Positions 11,104 to 20,910 of a DNA stretch of 64,000 nt are shown one piece after another (position 1 is the stretch's first letter; each line of letters opens with the position of its first letter). The position numbers were made by a program, and so were the translations under genes. The notes below the pieces were generated by a model. It ran no database searches. It was not told the DNA's origin and saw only the letters and a program-made list of their open reading frames with translations. This DNA is from Candidatus Bathyarchaeota archaeon. Its GTDB lineage: Archaea; Thermoproteota; Bathyarchaeia; Bathyarchaeales; Bathycorpusculaceae. The stretch is from assembly GCA_963772455.1 (NCBI GenBank), contig CAVYXJ010000007.1, positions 192,001 to 256,000 of the forward strand, written 5' to 3'.

Positions 11104-11970
11104 TCAGGATAATTTTGCTGGTTTAGTAGTTTTGATAAATGTGCCTTCGTCAAGTTCGTCATACGCCTTTTCTAATTCTTCTTCAGTATTCATTACAATA
11201 GGTCCTCCCCAAGCCACGGGTTCCTTCAAAGGTTCTCCTGAGACAAATAGAAAGTGAGCACCCTTTTTTGAGCCAATCTTAACTAACTCGCCTTCACTAA
11301 AAACAGCACAATTCCCTAACGTGACTATTTTGTCATGAACTTCTATAGATCCATCGACAACGTATGCAAAGACTGTGTTGTTCCTATTTGTAGCGTGTTC
11401 GAATGTTTTGGCTTCAGCCAGCTCGACATCAAAATATTCTATGTCAATTACAAGGTCACAAACTGGCCCTTCTGTCTCATCGATCTTTCCTGCTATCACT
11501 TTGATTTTTATTCCGTCTTTCTGGATGGTTGGGATTTGTTCTTTTTCGATTCCTCGGTATTTCGGATCAATCATCTTCTTTTTTGCAGGCAAGTTTATCC
11601 ATAATTGAAAGCCCTGCATTAAACCTTCATATTTTCTGGGCATTTCTTGATGAATTATGCCTGAGCCTGCAGTCATCCATTGTAATTCTCCGGATTTGAT
11701 TACACCTTTGTTGCCCATGCTGTCACCGTGAGCAACTTCGCCAGTCCACATGTAAGTGACAGTTTCTATTCCTCTGTGAGGATGCCAAGGGAACCCTTTG
11801 ATGTAATCCTTAGGGTCGTCTGAACCGAAATGGTCAAGAAGCAAAAAAGGGTCAAGAGAAGAGTTTTTGTCGTTGCCTAAAACGCGTTTGAGCCTAACAC
11901 CTGCGCCCTCAATCGTTGGCTGTCTTTCTAAAATCTTTTCCACTTTTCTTTCCATAAAACATCTACCCAT
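11104..11970 (-). CDS. Pirin-family protein
   Basis: DPFLLLDHF, HPHRGIETVTY, WMTAGSGIIHQE, GPIVMNT. Confidence 0.95.
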   Translation of the reverse strand: MGRCFMERKVEKILERQPTIEGAGVRLKRVLGNDKNSSLDPFLLLDHFGSDDPKDYIKGFPWHPHRGIETVTYMWTGEVAHGDSMGNKGVIKSGELQWMTAGSGIIHQEMPRKYEGLMQGFQLWINLPAKKKMIDPKYRGIEKEQIPTIQKDGIKIKVIAGKIDETEGPVCDLVIDIEYFDVELAEAKTFEHATNRNNTVFAYVVDGSIEVHDKIVTLGNCAVFSEGELVKIGSKKGAHFLFVSGEPLKEPVAWGGPIVMNTEEELEKAYDELDEGTFIKTTKPAKLS

Positions 11971-12036
11971 ATTGCTTATGCCTCAAGGACAATATAATTA
12001 TACTGTGAAAAGGAAAAAGCAAGTTTTTTAAAAAAA

Positions 12037-12912
12037 TTATTTCTCTGTAGACTCTAACATTTTGTACATGATGTCATATGAGTCTGCGAAATCGCTGTCA
12101 GCTGCGGATAGCTTCTTCTTTAGCTGTTCCATACGTTCAACGATTGCTTTTTGGTCTTTGTTTTTGATTAAGGCCAGCAGTTCTTGGGCTTTAGCAATGA
12201 ACAAATCCTCGATCTCGCCTAAGTTAGCCAAATTCGTTTGTACGCTTGCGTAGAGGTCTGGGGTTTCCAGCGCTGTTGCTTCAGCTAAGGTGAACAGCAT
12301 TCTATAAGTGGTGCCTGCAACTTTTTTGGTTTCTGGCAGGTTCTTCTGTTCCAAGAGTGTTTCGCATGCTACTAAACCAAGGAAATGCGGCAACCCCAAA
12401 ACGACTGACATTAGTTCGTCGTGCTTTTTTGGAGTCATGACGAATACGTGTGCTTCTTCCTTTTCCAACCAATGCTTGAATTGCTCAGCGAACTCTTGCT
12501 CCTTAGCGTTGGTTGGGGTTAAAACGTATGCTTTGTATTTGACTCCGTTGCTTCCTGGACCAAAAACTGGGTGCGTTCCTAAAACCGTGGCTCCCTTGAT
12601 GTATTGGTGCATAGTTTTGACTGGGGCTTCTTTGATTGAGCAAATATCCATAACAACCTGTCCCTCGTGGAGTAAGGGGCTGATCGCTTTAGCAACTTCT
12701 TCAATGGCGTTTATTGATATACAGAGCAGGATTTGGTCGGCATCTTTGACTGCTTCCTCAAAACTGGTTGTCAAGTCAACTAGTAAGTCTTTTTGCGCCT
12801 CAAGCTTCGCTTTCTTACGGTCAGCTAAAATAACGTCGTAATCTTTGGACATGAAAAATTTTGCGAACCAAACACCCATCTTTCCAGCGCCGATTACGGC
12901 AATCTTCATCAA
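12037..12912 (-). CDS. tyrA: Prephenate/arogenate dehydrogenase
   Basis: GAGKMG Rossmann motif, DICSIK, HPVFGP, HDELMS. Confidence 0.93.
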   Translation of the reverse strand: MMKIAVIGAGKMGVWFAKFFMSKDYDVILADRKKAKLEAQKDLLVDLTTSFEEAVKDADQILLCISINAIEEVAKAISPLLHEGQVVMDICSIKEAPVKTMHQYIKGATVLGTHPVFGPGSNGVKYKAYVLTPTNAKEQEFAEQFKHWLEKEEAHVFVMTPKKHDELMSVVLGLPHFLGLVACETLLEQKNLPETKKVAGTTYRMLFTLAEATALETPDLYASVQTNLANLGEIEDLFIAKAQELLALIKNKDQKAIVERMEQLKKKLSAADSDFADSYDIMYKMLESTEK

Positions 12913-13985
12913 GCTGCCTCACTGATTTTTTCCAACGCGACCTTAATGTCAGCATCTGGAGCAGTCAAGGAGATTCGGAAGTGTTCTCTGTAATCGCCAA
13001 ATGATGTACCTGGAGCAACTGCTACGCCTTTTTCGAGCAGGTCTAGAGTGAATTTTTCAGAGTCTAAGCCGTCAAGTTTGGGGAATATGTAGAAAGGTGC
13101 TTCGGGTTTGGTGAATTTGAAGCCTGCCGCAGAGAGTTTGGTGCTTGCCATATCTGCGCGTTGTTTGTATTTGGCTTTGATGGCGGAAGCGATTTGTTTG
13201 TGGAGTTCTAAGCCTTTGAGTGCAGCGTCTTGGATGAAAACAGGGACATTGTTTATGGTGATTTGGTTTAGTTTGGTTATGTTGTCGATTAAGGGTTTGT
13301 TAGCGATTAAGTAACCGATTCGCCAACCAGTCATTGTGAATGTTTTTGAGAAGCCGTTGCTTAAGATGTGCATGCAGTCTTTGTCGTAATCTAAGATGCT
13401 TTTTGTTTTTGTGAAGGCTATCGTAGCATAGACTTCGTCGGATAATATCGTGATTTTTTTCTTGTTTGCGATTTCTACAATCTTCTCAAGGGTTTCTGCA
13501 TTCATGACTTTGCTTGTGGGGTTGTTGGGGTTGTTGAGTATAATCATGCGTGTATCTTTGTCAATTAATTTTTCCAGATTATCTAAATCGACTTTCCAAT
13601 CGTTTTCAAGCTCAGTTCGCAACAGTTTGGTTTTGGCGCCTAGACTTTTAGCTATTAAATCGTAAGCTGTCCAATAAGGAGTTGGAATAATGACGTTTCC
13701 GCCGTTTCTTAGCATCAAGAACATTGTGGCGAATATGCCCCATTTAGAACCAGGCGTAATAACAACGTTCTCAGCTTTAACTCCATGAACCTGAGCGATT
13801 TTTTGTCTCAGCTTTAACTCGCCATAAGAAGAGGAATACTTGGTTTTACCCGCCTTCATAGATGCGTACGCGGCTTCCACTATTTCAGGCGGGGTAGCTA
13901 AGTCTGGATCTCCAAGGTTTAAGCGGATTATTTTTTTTCCTTCGCTTTCAAGTTTAAGAGCTTTCTCGTTTATCTCGTAGAGCAT
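12909..13985 (-). CDS. Class I/II PLP aminotransferase (probably aromatic)
   Basis: NNPNNPT, SDEVY, SKTFTMTGWRIG; lies between chorismate mutase and tyrA. Confidence 0.92.
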   Translation of the reverse strand: MLYEINEKALKLESEGKKIIRLNLGDPDLATPPEIVEAAYASMKAGKTKYSSSYGELKLRQKIAQVHGVKAENVVITPGSKWGIFATMFLMLRNGGNVIIPTPYWTAYDLIAKSLGAKTKLLRTELENDWKVDLDNLEKLIDKDTRMIILNNPNNPTSKVMNAETLEKIVEIANKKKITILSDEVYATIAFTKTKSILDYDKDCMHILSNGFSKTFTMTGWRIGYLIANKPLIDNITKLNQITINNVPVFIQDAALKGLELHKQIASAIKAKYKQRADMASTKLSAAGFKFTKPEAPFYIFPKLDGLDSEKFTLDLLEKGVAVAPGTSFGDYREHFRISLTAPDADIKVALEKISEAA

Positions 13986-14012
13986 ATCTTTGGACTCTCC
14001 GTTAAGAGCGTT

Positions 14013-14273
14013 TTATTCTTGAACAGCACTGCACATATTAACTATTTCGCGATAAACCGCTTCAACCTGACTTGCATTAAGACCGAGTTTGATACCTTTC
14101 GCACGTATCCTCTTGTAAACCTCGTTCTCCCGTGCAACATCTCGAATTGGTTTGCCCTGCATTTTCTTGGCTAAACCGATTTCCTCACATACCTTTACTC
14201 GTACACACAGTGCCATTAGGATTTGGTCGTCGATTTCATCAATTCTTTGCCTAAGCTTTAGAATTTCAGCCAT
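14013..14273 (-). CDS. Chorismate mutase (AroQ type)
   Basis: LRQRIDEIDDQI...R...IG..K...IRD..RE. Confidence 0.93.
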   Translation of the reverse strand: MAEILKLRQRIDEIDDQILMALCVRVKVCEEIGLAKKMQGKPIRDVARENEVYKRIRAKGIKLGLNASQVEAVYREIVNMCSAVQE

Positions 14274-14275
14274 TG

Positions 14276-15382
14276 TTACTGCCTCTTTAGAATACGCGGT
14301 ATAAACCCTGCTCTAATCATATGGTCAGCTAAAGTTATTGCAACTGCGGCTTCAATTGCGGGTACAGCTTTAGGAACAACGCAAGGATCATGTCTGCCCT
14401 TTATGCTTAAGGCTGCATTTTCCATTTTCTCTAGATTGACTGTTTTCTGTTCTTTTGCGATGGAAGGAGTTGGTTTAATCGCCACTCGAATCATAACGGG
14501 CATGCCGTTAGATAAACCTCCTAAAACGCCTCCAGCATTATCGGTTGAAGTTACAACTTGTCCCTTTTGAATTTGATAAGCGTCATTGTTCTGCGATCCT
14601 TTCACCAACGCAGCTTCAAAACCCATTCCAAACTCGACTCCTTTAACGGCTGGAACCGAAAAAATAGATTTAGCCAAATCTGCATCTAACGAATCAAACA
14701 AAGGCTCACCAACCCCAACGGGTATACCGAGCACAAGACACTCAATTATTCCGCCAAGACTGTCGCCTTCTTTTTTAGCGTTCACTATAGCTTCCTCCAT
14801 TCGCTCTCCACAAATTAAGTCAGGGCACCTTGTTGATGCGGCGTAACGGTTTTTGCGTATTTCGTCGGAAGTGAATTTTTTATCAGTCTTAACCTGCCCA
14901 ATCGCCGAAGTATAAGCCAACACATCAACATCAAAGCGACTGAGCATTTTTTTAGCGACTGTGCCAGCCATAATAATTGCTACGGTAACTCTACCTGAGA
15001 AACGTCCTCCACCACGATAATCGTTCAAGCCACCAAATTTGATTCGTGCTGGGTAATCTGAGTGCCCAGGTCTTGGCAGACCTTTCATCTCTTCGTAATC
15101 GCTTGAGTCTGTTTCCTTGTTTTCAACCAACACGGATATTGGAGCCCCAGTTGTTAATCCGTTAAAAATTCCTGAAAGAACCTTAACAATATCTTTCTCA
15201 ATACGTGCAGAAACAATCTTTAACTCAGCTGGGATCCTGCGGTCAAGTTCTATTTGGAAATCACTTTCAGAAAGAGGCAAACCTGATGGACACCCATCCA
15301 CAACTACGCCAACGACTTTGCCGTGACTCTCGCCAAAAGTGGTAACTGTAAATTCTTTACCGATCGAATTTCCCGCCAACAA
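14276..15382 (-). CDS. aroC: Chorismate synthase
   Basis: FGESHG, PRPGHSD, GGGRFSGR, GRHDPC. Confidence 0.97.
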   Translation of the reverse strand: MLAGNSIGKEFTVTTFGESHGKVVGVVVDGCPSGLPLSESDFQIELDRRIPAELKIVSARIEKDIVKVLSGIFNGLTTGAPISVLVENKETDSSDYEEMKGLPRPGHSDYPARIKFGGLNDYRGGGRFSGRVTVAIIMAGTVAKKMLSRFDVDVLAYTSAIGQVKTDKKFTSDEIRKNRYAASTRCPDLICGERMEEAIVNAKKEGDSLGGIIECLVLGIPVGVGEPLFDSLDADLAKSIFSVPAVKGVEFGMGFEAALVKGSQNNDAYQIQKGQVVTSTDNAGGVLGGLSNGMPVMIRVAIKPTPSIAKEQKTVNLEKMENAALSIKGRHDPCVVPKAVPAIEAAVAITLADHMIRAGFIPRILKRQ

Positions 15383-16655
15383 CCTCAGCTCCTATTTGTC
15401 TTAGATGAGTGAAGAACTGCGGATAAGACTTTCTGACGCAATCAGCGTTTTGGATTGTAGTTTGTCCTTCTGCCCCTAAAGCGGCAACTGCGCAAGCCAT
15501 TGCGATTCGGTGGTCGTTATGGGGATCTATTATAGCGCCGTGTAAAGGTGAACCTCCTTCTATGATTAAGCCATCGTTCTTGATGGTAATTTGTGCACCC
15601 ATCTTTTTTAACTCAAGGTAAAGCGATTCGAGACGGTCAGATTCTTTAAGTTTAAGCCTACTTGCACCAAAAATATGGGATGTACCCTTTGCATAACACA
15701 TCATAACTGCTATAGCTGGAACAAGATCAGGAATGTGCTTTGCATCAACTTCACCTGTTCTAAGTAAACTTCCGGAACCTTCAATCTCAACGTTGTCCGC
15801 GCAAACTTGTCCATTAACGCCCATATGTTTTAGGATACCTATTATCGCCTTGTCTCCTTGAAGGCTATCATAATCAAGGTTATTTATTTGGACTTTAGAC
15901 TGAGTTATAGCTGCTCCTGCAAGAAGAAAAGCGGATGAGGAGAAGTCGCCTGGAACCTTGCTGTCAGCCGAAGTGTAGATTTGGTTTGCTGGAATATGTA
16001 TGTGATTTTCATGTGTAGGCACTTTAACTCCATGATTGGCAAGAACAGCTTCAGTCATTTTAACGTAACCTTCAGACTCCAACGGAGAAGACAGCATTAT
16101 TTCACTGTCCACTTGAGCCTTTGGGCATGCAAACATCAAACCTGAAATAAATTGTGAGCTCACGTTACCCAGAATTGATGTTTCACCTCCAGCAATGCCG
16201 CCACCCTCAACGAAAACCGCGTCTTTATTGCCGACATTACCGATATGGGTTTTAGCACCAAGTTCGGCGAGGCTTGTCAGTAATGGTTCCATGGGTCGCT
16301 TTTCAATTGAACCATTAAAAACTAGAATCGAAGACCCTTTTGCCAGGGCAGCTACTGGAACCATGAAACGCAATGTAGCTCCTGATTCACCACAGTCGAT
16401 TGGCTCTTTTGCAGCTTTAAGTGTATTAGGTCCTTTGATAATCCAGCAGCCCTCTATTTCATTCACTTCTGCACCCAAAGCAGTTACGGCGCGAAGCGTT
16501 GCTTGGGTATCACCGGAGAAAAGAGGAGCAGAAACTTTAGATAACCCACTAGATAATGCAGCGGCAATAACCATCCTCTGGGTAAAAGACTTGGACGACG
16601 GTGCACAAACTTGACCACTTAGCTTCACCGTTTTTTTAACAATTACATCCGCCAT
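15357..16655 (-). CDS. aroA: EPSP synthase
   Basis: SKSFTQR, GESGATLRF, SSQFISG, KESDRL, DHRIAMA, KSYPQF. Confidence 0.97.
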   Translation of the reverse strand: MADVIVKKTVKLSGQVCAPSSKSFTQRMVIAAALSSGLSKVSAPLFSGDTQATLRAVTALGAEVNEIEGCWIIKGPNTLKAAKEPIDCGESGATLRFMVPVAALAKGSSILVFNGSIEKRPMEPLLTSLAELGAKTHIGNVGNKDAVFVEGGGIAGGETSILGNVSSQFISGLMFACPKAQVDSEIMLSSPLESEGYVKMTEAVLANHGVKVPTHENHIHIPANQIYTSADSKVPGDFSSSAFLLAGAAITQSKVQINNLDYDSLQGDKAIIGILKHMGVNGQVCADNVEIEGSGSLLRTGEVDAKHIPDLVPAIAVMMCYAKGTSHIFGASRLKLKESDRLESLYLELKKMGAQITIKNDGLIIEGGSPLHGAIIDPHNDHRIAMACAVAALGAEGQTTIQNADCVRKSYPQFFTHLRQIGAEVVGGKFDR

Positions 16656-16658
16656 TAG

Positions 16659-17528
16659 TTAGAGCACCTTAGCTTTCTCACAATTCAATTTAGCCTGCAA
16701 TATTTCACCGTCATATTTCTGCAAAGCAGCTTTCACTAAATCAACTTTATCCTTTGAAACCACAGCTGTAACCGCTGGTCCTTTGCCACACAGCCCAGCA
16801 GCTATCGCGCCAGCAACTAATGCATCGATAGCGATTGCAGTATTGAGGTTGGAAGCTGAAGAATAAATTAATCCATTAAGTGTTAATGCCTCCCAGATTT
16901 TGCCATCTAAAACTTTCTCGAAGGCGATTTCCACGAGAGGTTTGAGCGTTTTGAGCCTATTTACGTTGCAGTCGATTGTGTAAGCTTTTTGGGGGGGCAC
17001 ATGGAAAAGCACATCTAAATCTTCAGGCAATGGATATTGTTTGATTATTTCTTGTTTCAAGTTGTCAGTGATTTGTAATCCGCCAAAGTAAGAGGCGCAA
17101 GCATCGTCAAATGCGCCTGTTACGGTAACTTTCGCGTCAAAAGCTGCTTCAACACCTAACTTTATGATGTCTATATCATCAAGAGTTTTTCCCAGTGCCT
17201 TTGTGGTTGCTAGAGCTGTTGCGTTTGCAGCTACACTACTGCTCTTAAGCCCTCGTGCAATGGGAATGTTGGATATGGTTTTTATTTTTACTCCAAAACT
17301 CTTCTCTAAATTAAATCTTCTTAGGACTCTTGTAGCAGTTTTTTCTATAAGAAGCGTACTTTCTTTTGGGTCAGAAACTATCTCAGCTCTAATAACGCCT
17401 GCTTCATCGGTTATGTTAACTTCAGCTCTAGTCCACAAGTCAATCCCAAACGCAGCACCCTTTCCCAACGCAATTGCGTTAACGATTGTTGCTGCCCCAT
17501 GAGCAATAGCTACTGCTTTACCTGTCAA
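16659..17528 (-). CDS. aroK: Archaeal GHMP-type shikimate kinase
   Basis: GAATIVNAIA, PIARGLKSSS, TGAFDDACAS. Confidence 0.95.
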   Translation of the reverse strand: MTGKAVAIAHGAATIVNAIALGKGAAFGIDLWTRAEVNITDEAGVIRAEIVSDPKESTLLIEKTATRVLRRFNLEKSFGVKIKTISNIPIARGLKSSSVAANATALATTKALGKTLDDIDIIKLGVEAAFDAKVTVTGAFDDACASYFGGLQITDNLKQEIIKQYPLPEDLDVLFHVPPQKAYTIDCNVNRLKTLKPLVEIAFEKVLDGKIWEALTLNGLIYSSASNLNTAIAIDALVAGAIAAGLCGKGPAVTAVVSKDKVDLVKAALQKYDGEILQAKLNCEKAKVL

Positions 17529-17530
17529 TT

Positions 17531-18397
17531 TTACACCTTCGTTAAATGATTTAGCGCTGCCTGCCTCATAACATCAACAGGTGCAGACTTACCCGTCCAG
17601 ATTTCAAAAGAAGCCGCACCTTGATAGATTAACATCTCAACACCACTAACCACTTTCGCACCAGCCGCCTTCGCGTCTTTAGCCAGTCTAGTTTCAATTG
17701 GGTTATAGACTATGTCCATGACAGCTAAATTTGGTCGTAAAAGTTTAGGCGCTACTGGGGTTTCCTCACCTTTCGGTTTCATCCCCACTGATGTAGCATT
17801 GATTAAAACGTCTGAGTCTTGAAGATTTTGTTGTATTTCTTTCGGCGAAAGTGATCCTGAAACAATTTTCTTATTTGCGATCTTCTCAAGAAGTTTGGCT
17901 AAGTCTTGAGCTGGTTTTAGGGAGCGATTCAACACTGCCAACTCGTCAGCTTCTTTAGCCATTGTGTATGCTATGGCTCTAGCTGCGCCTCCTGCACCTA
18001 ACAATAGAACCTTTCGCCCCTTCAATTCAACCCCGTTTTCTCGGAGAGCTTTCAATGCACCAACTCCATCGGTGTTGAAACCAAAGAGTTTGTTATCTCT
18101 GTTTAAGATAGTATTAACTGAATTGATAATTTGAGCAGATAAGTCGGTTCTATCAAGAAACTTTAAAATTGGAGTTTTATGAGGCATTGTTACATTTAAG
18201 CCGCGTATGTTTAGAGCTCGCATGCCGTTGACTGCATTTTCAATTTCTGCAGGCTTCACCTTGAAAGCTAAAAACACATAGTCGAGGTTTAGGGCATTGA
18301 ATGCTGCGTTGTGCATGATTGGGCTTAATGTGTGTTCTATAGGATCCCCGATAACCCCGCAAACCCTTGTTTTTCCAGATATACCCATATCATCCAT
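17531..18397 (-). CDS. aroE: Shikimate dehydrogenase
   Basis: SPIMHN, NVTMPHK, NTDGVG, GAGGAAR, NATSVG. Confidence 0.96.
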   Translation of the reverse strand: MDDMGISGKTRVCGVIGDPIEHTLSPIMHNAAFNALNLDYVFLAFKVKPAEIENAVNGMRALNIRGLNVTMPHKTPILKFLDRTDLSAQIINSVNTILNRDNKLFGFNTDGVGALKALRENGVELKGRKVLLLGAGGAARAIAYTMAKEADELAVLNRSLKPAQDLAKLLEKIANKKIVSGSLSPKEIQQNLQDSDVLINATSVGMKPKGEETPVAPKLLRPNLAVMDIVYNPIETRLAKDAKAAGAKVVSGVEMLIYQGAASFEIWTGKSAPVDVMRQAALNHLTKV

Positions 18398-19073
18398 TCC
18401 CCAACAGAGAATAAGCAGTCTTCATTTCATTTATGCCCATTTGTCCCGCAGCAGTTTCACTGCCATCGCCGAGTGAGGCAAAAGTGAAAAAAGCCCCAAA
18501 CAAAGGCGATAGAACTCTCGAAACTCTGCCATGTTCACCCATACAGAAACAAACGATCTTAGCCTTGCTGGAAGAAAGCGAAATAAAGCTCAAAACAGGC
18601 AAGTTGTCCGCTATCTGTAAAGCAGTTGTCACAATCTTACAGACGAAAGCGCCGCTGGCAAGTTCTTCATCTAGAATCGCCGTCATCGCTAAAACGTTGA
18701 GTGCACCGTCGAACTTGTGGTAGGAAACAATGGGTTTCACCCCTAACATTTTAATCTGACTGATAATTTCTTTGTGTTTTGGACATGATAAATCTATATC
18801 AACATATTCAAAGCCGCTTTTAGCCGCATTCAAAAGAGTTTGTTGACGTTCAGATTCTATTCCAGAAAAAAATCCTTTTTCGCTTAGGAGTCTGTTTGTG
18901 GCAATTAAGGGAACTTTCGTGCTTGCTGACAATTCGGACAAATTGCGGGATGTCTCAAGGCAGTCAAGCCTAACTTCTATAATGTCAGCTTTGGTTAACT
19001 CTGCTTTTTCAATGAGGTTTAAAGCTTCACTGTTGTTTTTTGGGAGAATCGAGACACAGATCCTCGGGGTCAC
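18390..19073 (-). CDS. aroD: Type I 3-dehydroquinate dehydratase
   Basis: EVRLD, SYH, CKIVT, MGEHGRVSR, AAGQ. Confidence 0.92.
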   Translation of the reverse strand: MTPRICVSILPKNNSEALNLIEKAELTKADIIEVRLDCLETSRNLSELSASTKVPLIATNRLLSEKGFFSGIESERQQTLLNAAKSGFEYVDIDLSCPKHKEIISQIKMLGVKPIVSYHKFDGALNVLAMTAILDEELASGAFVCKIVTTALQIADNLPVLSFISLSSSKAKIVCFCMGEHGRVSRVLSPLFGAFFTFASLGDGSETAAGQMGINEMKTAYSLLGNG

Positions 19074-20110
19074 TTTTCAATCACCGTTTCTTCAGGTACA
19101 GATATGCCAAAGTGCCTTCCTCCCTTCGCAGCTATGTGCACTAATACTTCGTCGTTTGGCTTTAATTCTGTAACTGGTTTTGATGCTTGGGGAGTGACTA
19201 GGCGGATAGTTTCAGCGTTCTGCAAAATGGTTTTAATTTTGGTGTCGTCTGCTTGGGCTTCAATGAGTATTAGGGGGCGAAACTCGATTTTGGATCTTCC
19301 CACGTTTGTCAACCTAACTTTGCCTTCTCGGTTAACAATTAAGACCTCATCTCCTGCCTTGAGCTCAGAGAGGTACCTAGTGCTCTGTGTTGATGTCAAA
19401 GTGTAATGTGAGGCAGGTCCAGCGTTAACCCTGAAAGGTCGAGATTGCACATAGGGATTCTCATTGACTTCAGCTTCAACAAGGAAAAAACCCGCTGATT
19501 GACAACCTACAAGCATGCCTTCTCCTGGAACCATCAAATCAATAGTGTCAACGCAAACTCTCGCGCCCGAACCAATGGGCTTAATTGACAAAATCTTCGC
19601 TGGCTTTATCACCATTTTTTGGACTTGTGAGTTAATGAATTTAATTGTTTTTTCCAGTTCGTTTGGGCTTCCAGTTTTAAGAAGCACACCATCAGTTCCA
19701 AGTTCAAGCGCTTCCAAAACCACCTTCGCATCTTCAGAGGTTATGACTTCAGCGATTAAGGAGCTTTTTCCTCTACCTTTCGCAATCAAGTTTTCAAGCG
19801 GAATCACTCGCCAATCGATGCAATTTATAATCACATAGTCAACGCCGAGATCTCCGGCTTTAGCGGCTTTGTTTTCATCCTCTTTGCCCTGAATAGTAAC
19901 TCTAAGGGCAGTTTTTTTTCCTTCTTTCTTTAATTGAGCAATCTTTTTCTCGTTTAAATCAGTTATGAAAACTATATCGAGTTTGCCGGTCCTATTGCTA
20001 GCTTGGTCCCCTTCAAGGATTACATCCACGTTTTCATGTGAAATGCTAAGCAAACTCTCTTTTTCTTGAACTGAAGCTTTTGGATCAATTTCTATCCAGA
20101 GTTCCTTCAA
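19070..20110 (-). CDS. 3-dehydroquinate synthase II (archaeal AroB')
   Basis: WRVIPLENLIA, RVCVDT, RPFRVNAG, LQNAETIRL, RHFG. Confidence 0.95.
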   Translation of the reverse strand: MKELWIEIDPKASVQEKESLLSISHENVDVILEGDQASNRTGKLDIVFITDLNEKKIAQLKKEGKKTALRVTIQGKEDENKAAKAGDLGVDYVIINCIDWRVIPLENLIAKGRGKSSLIAEVITSEDAKVVLEALELGTDGVLLKTGSPNELEKTIKFINSQVQKMVIKPAKILSIKPIGSGARVCVDTIDLMVPGEGMLVGCQSAGFFLVEAEVNENPYVQSRPFRVNAGPASHYTLTSTQSTRYLSELKAGDEVLIVNREGKVRLTNVGRSKIEFRPLILIEAQADDTKIKTILQNAETIRLVTPQASKPVTELKPNDEVLVHIAAKGGRHFGISVPEETVIEK

Positions 20111-20898
20111 CGCTTTTCACCCAGGAGTCTAAGCGCTTGCTCCACCGATAAGTTTTCGTGAACTATAGCTGCGAGCGCTTTGACGATTTGAGTTGGGTTT
20201 TCGCATTGAAACACATTTCGTCCTATCGAAAGTCCAGCGGCTCCAGCTTTAAGTGAATCATATGTCGTTTGGAGGATTTCTTGGTTAGTTTTGCATTTTG
20301 GTCCACCAGCGATGACCACTGGAACAGGGCAGCTTTCAACTACAGTTTTGAAGGTTTCAATGTCGCCTGTATAGTTGGTTTTGATAATGTCTGCGCCAAG
20401 TTCTGCACCGATTCTTGCTGCGTGCGCCACCACTTCGGGTGAGTGTTCGTTTTGGATTTTTGGTCCACGCGGATACATCATTGCAAGCAATGGCAGACCG
20501 AAGAGATCACATTCTTCGGAGACTTTACCGAGATTTTGAAGCATTTTGTCTTCGTCTTGGGCTCCAACGTTAACGTGTACAGAGACTGCGTCTGCGCCGA
20601 TGCGTATTGCTTCTTGAACGGAACAGACTTGTACTTTGGCGTTTAAGTTAGGACTAAGATTTGACATGCCTGACAACATAACAATTAGTCCTGCTTGTCC
20701 CGTATCGATGCGTTTAGCTATGCCTTTGTGGACGAGGATAGCGTCTGCATTTCCTTTCACTAACTTTGTGGTTATTTCCTGCATGTTGGTTATGCCTTGG
20801 ATAGGTCCGATTGTAACACCATGATCCATGGGCACGATTACTGTGCGGTTGTCTTGCTGCATGATTCTTCTTAATCTACGGGTTTTTCCATTATTCAT
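20107..20898 (-). CDS. 2-amino-3,7-dideoxy-D-threo-hept-6-ulosonate (ADH) synthase (AroA')
   Basis: Class I aldolase: PMDHG, AMMYPRG, ELGADIIKT, AGGPK, GRNVFQ; adjacent to DHQ synthase II. Confidence 0.93.
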   Translation of the reverse strand: MNNGKTRRLRRIMQQDNRTVIVPMDHGVTIGPIQGITNMQEITTKLVKGNADAILVHKGIAKRIDTGQAGLIVMLSGMSNLSPNLNAKVQVCSVQEAIRIGADAVSVHVNVGAQDEDKMLQNLGKVSEECDLFGLPLLAMMYPRGPKIQNEHSPEVVAHAARIGAELGADIIKTNYTGDIETFKTVVESCPVPVVIAGGPKCKTNQEILQTTYDSLKAGAAGLSIGRNVFQCENPTQIVKALAAIVHENLSVEQALRLLGEKR

Positions 20899-20910
20899 CG
20901 TTCTTCCACC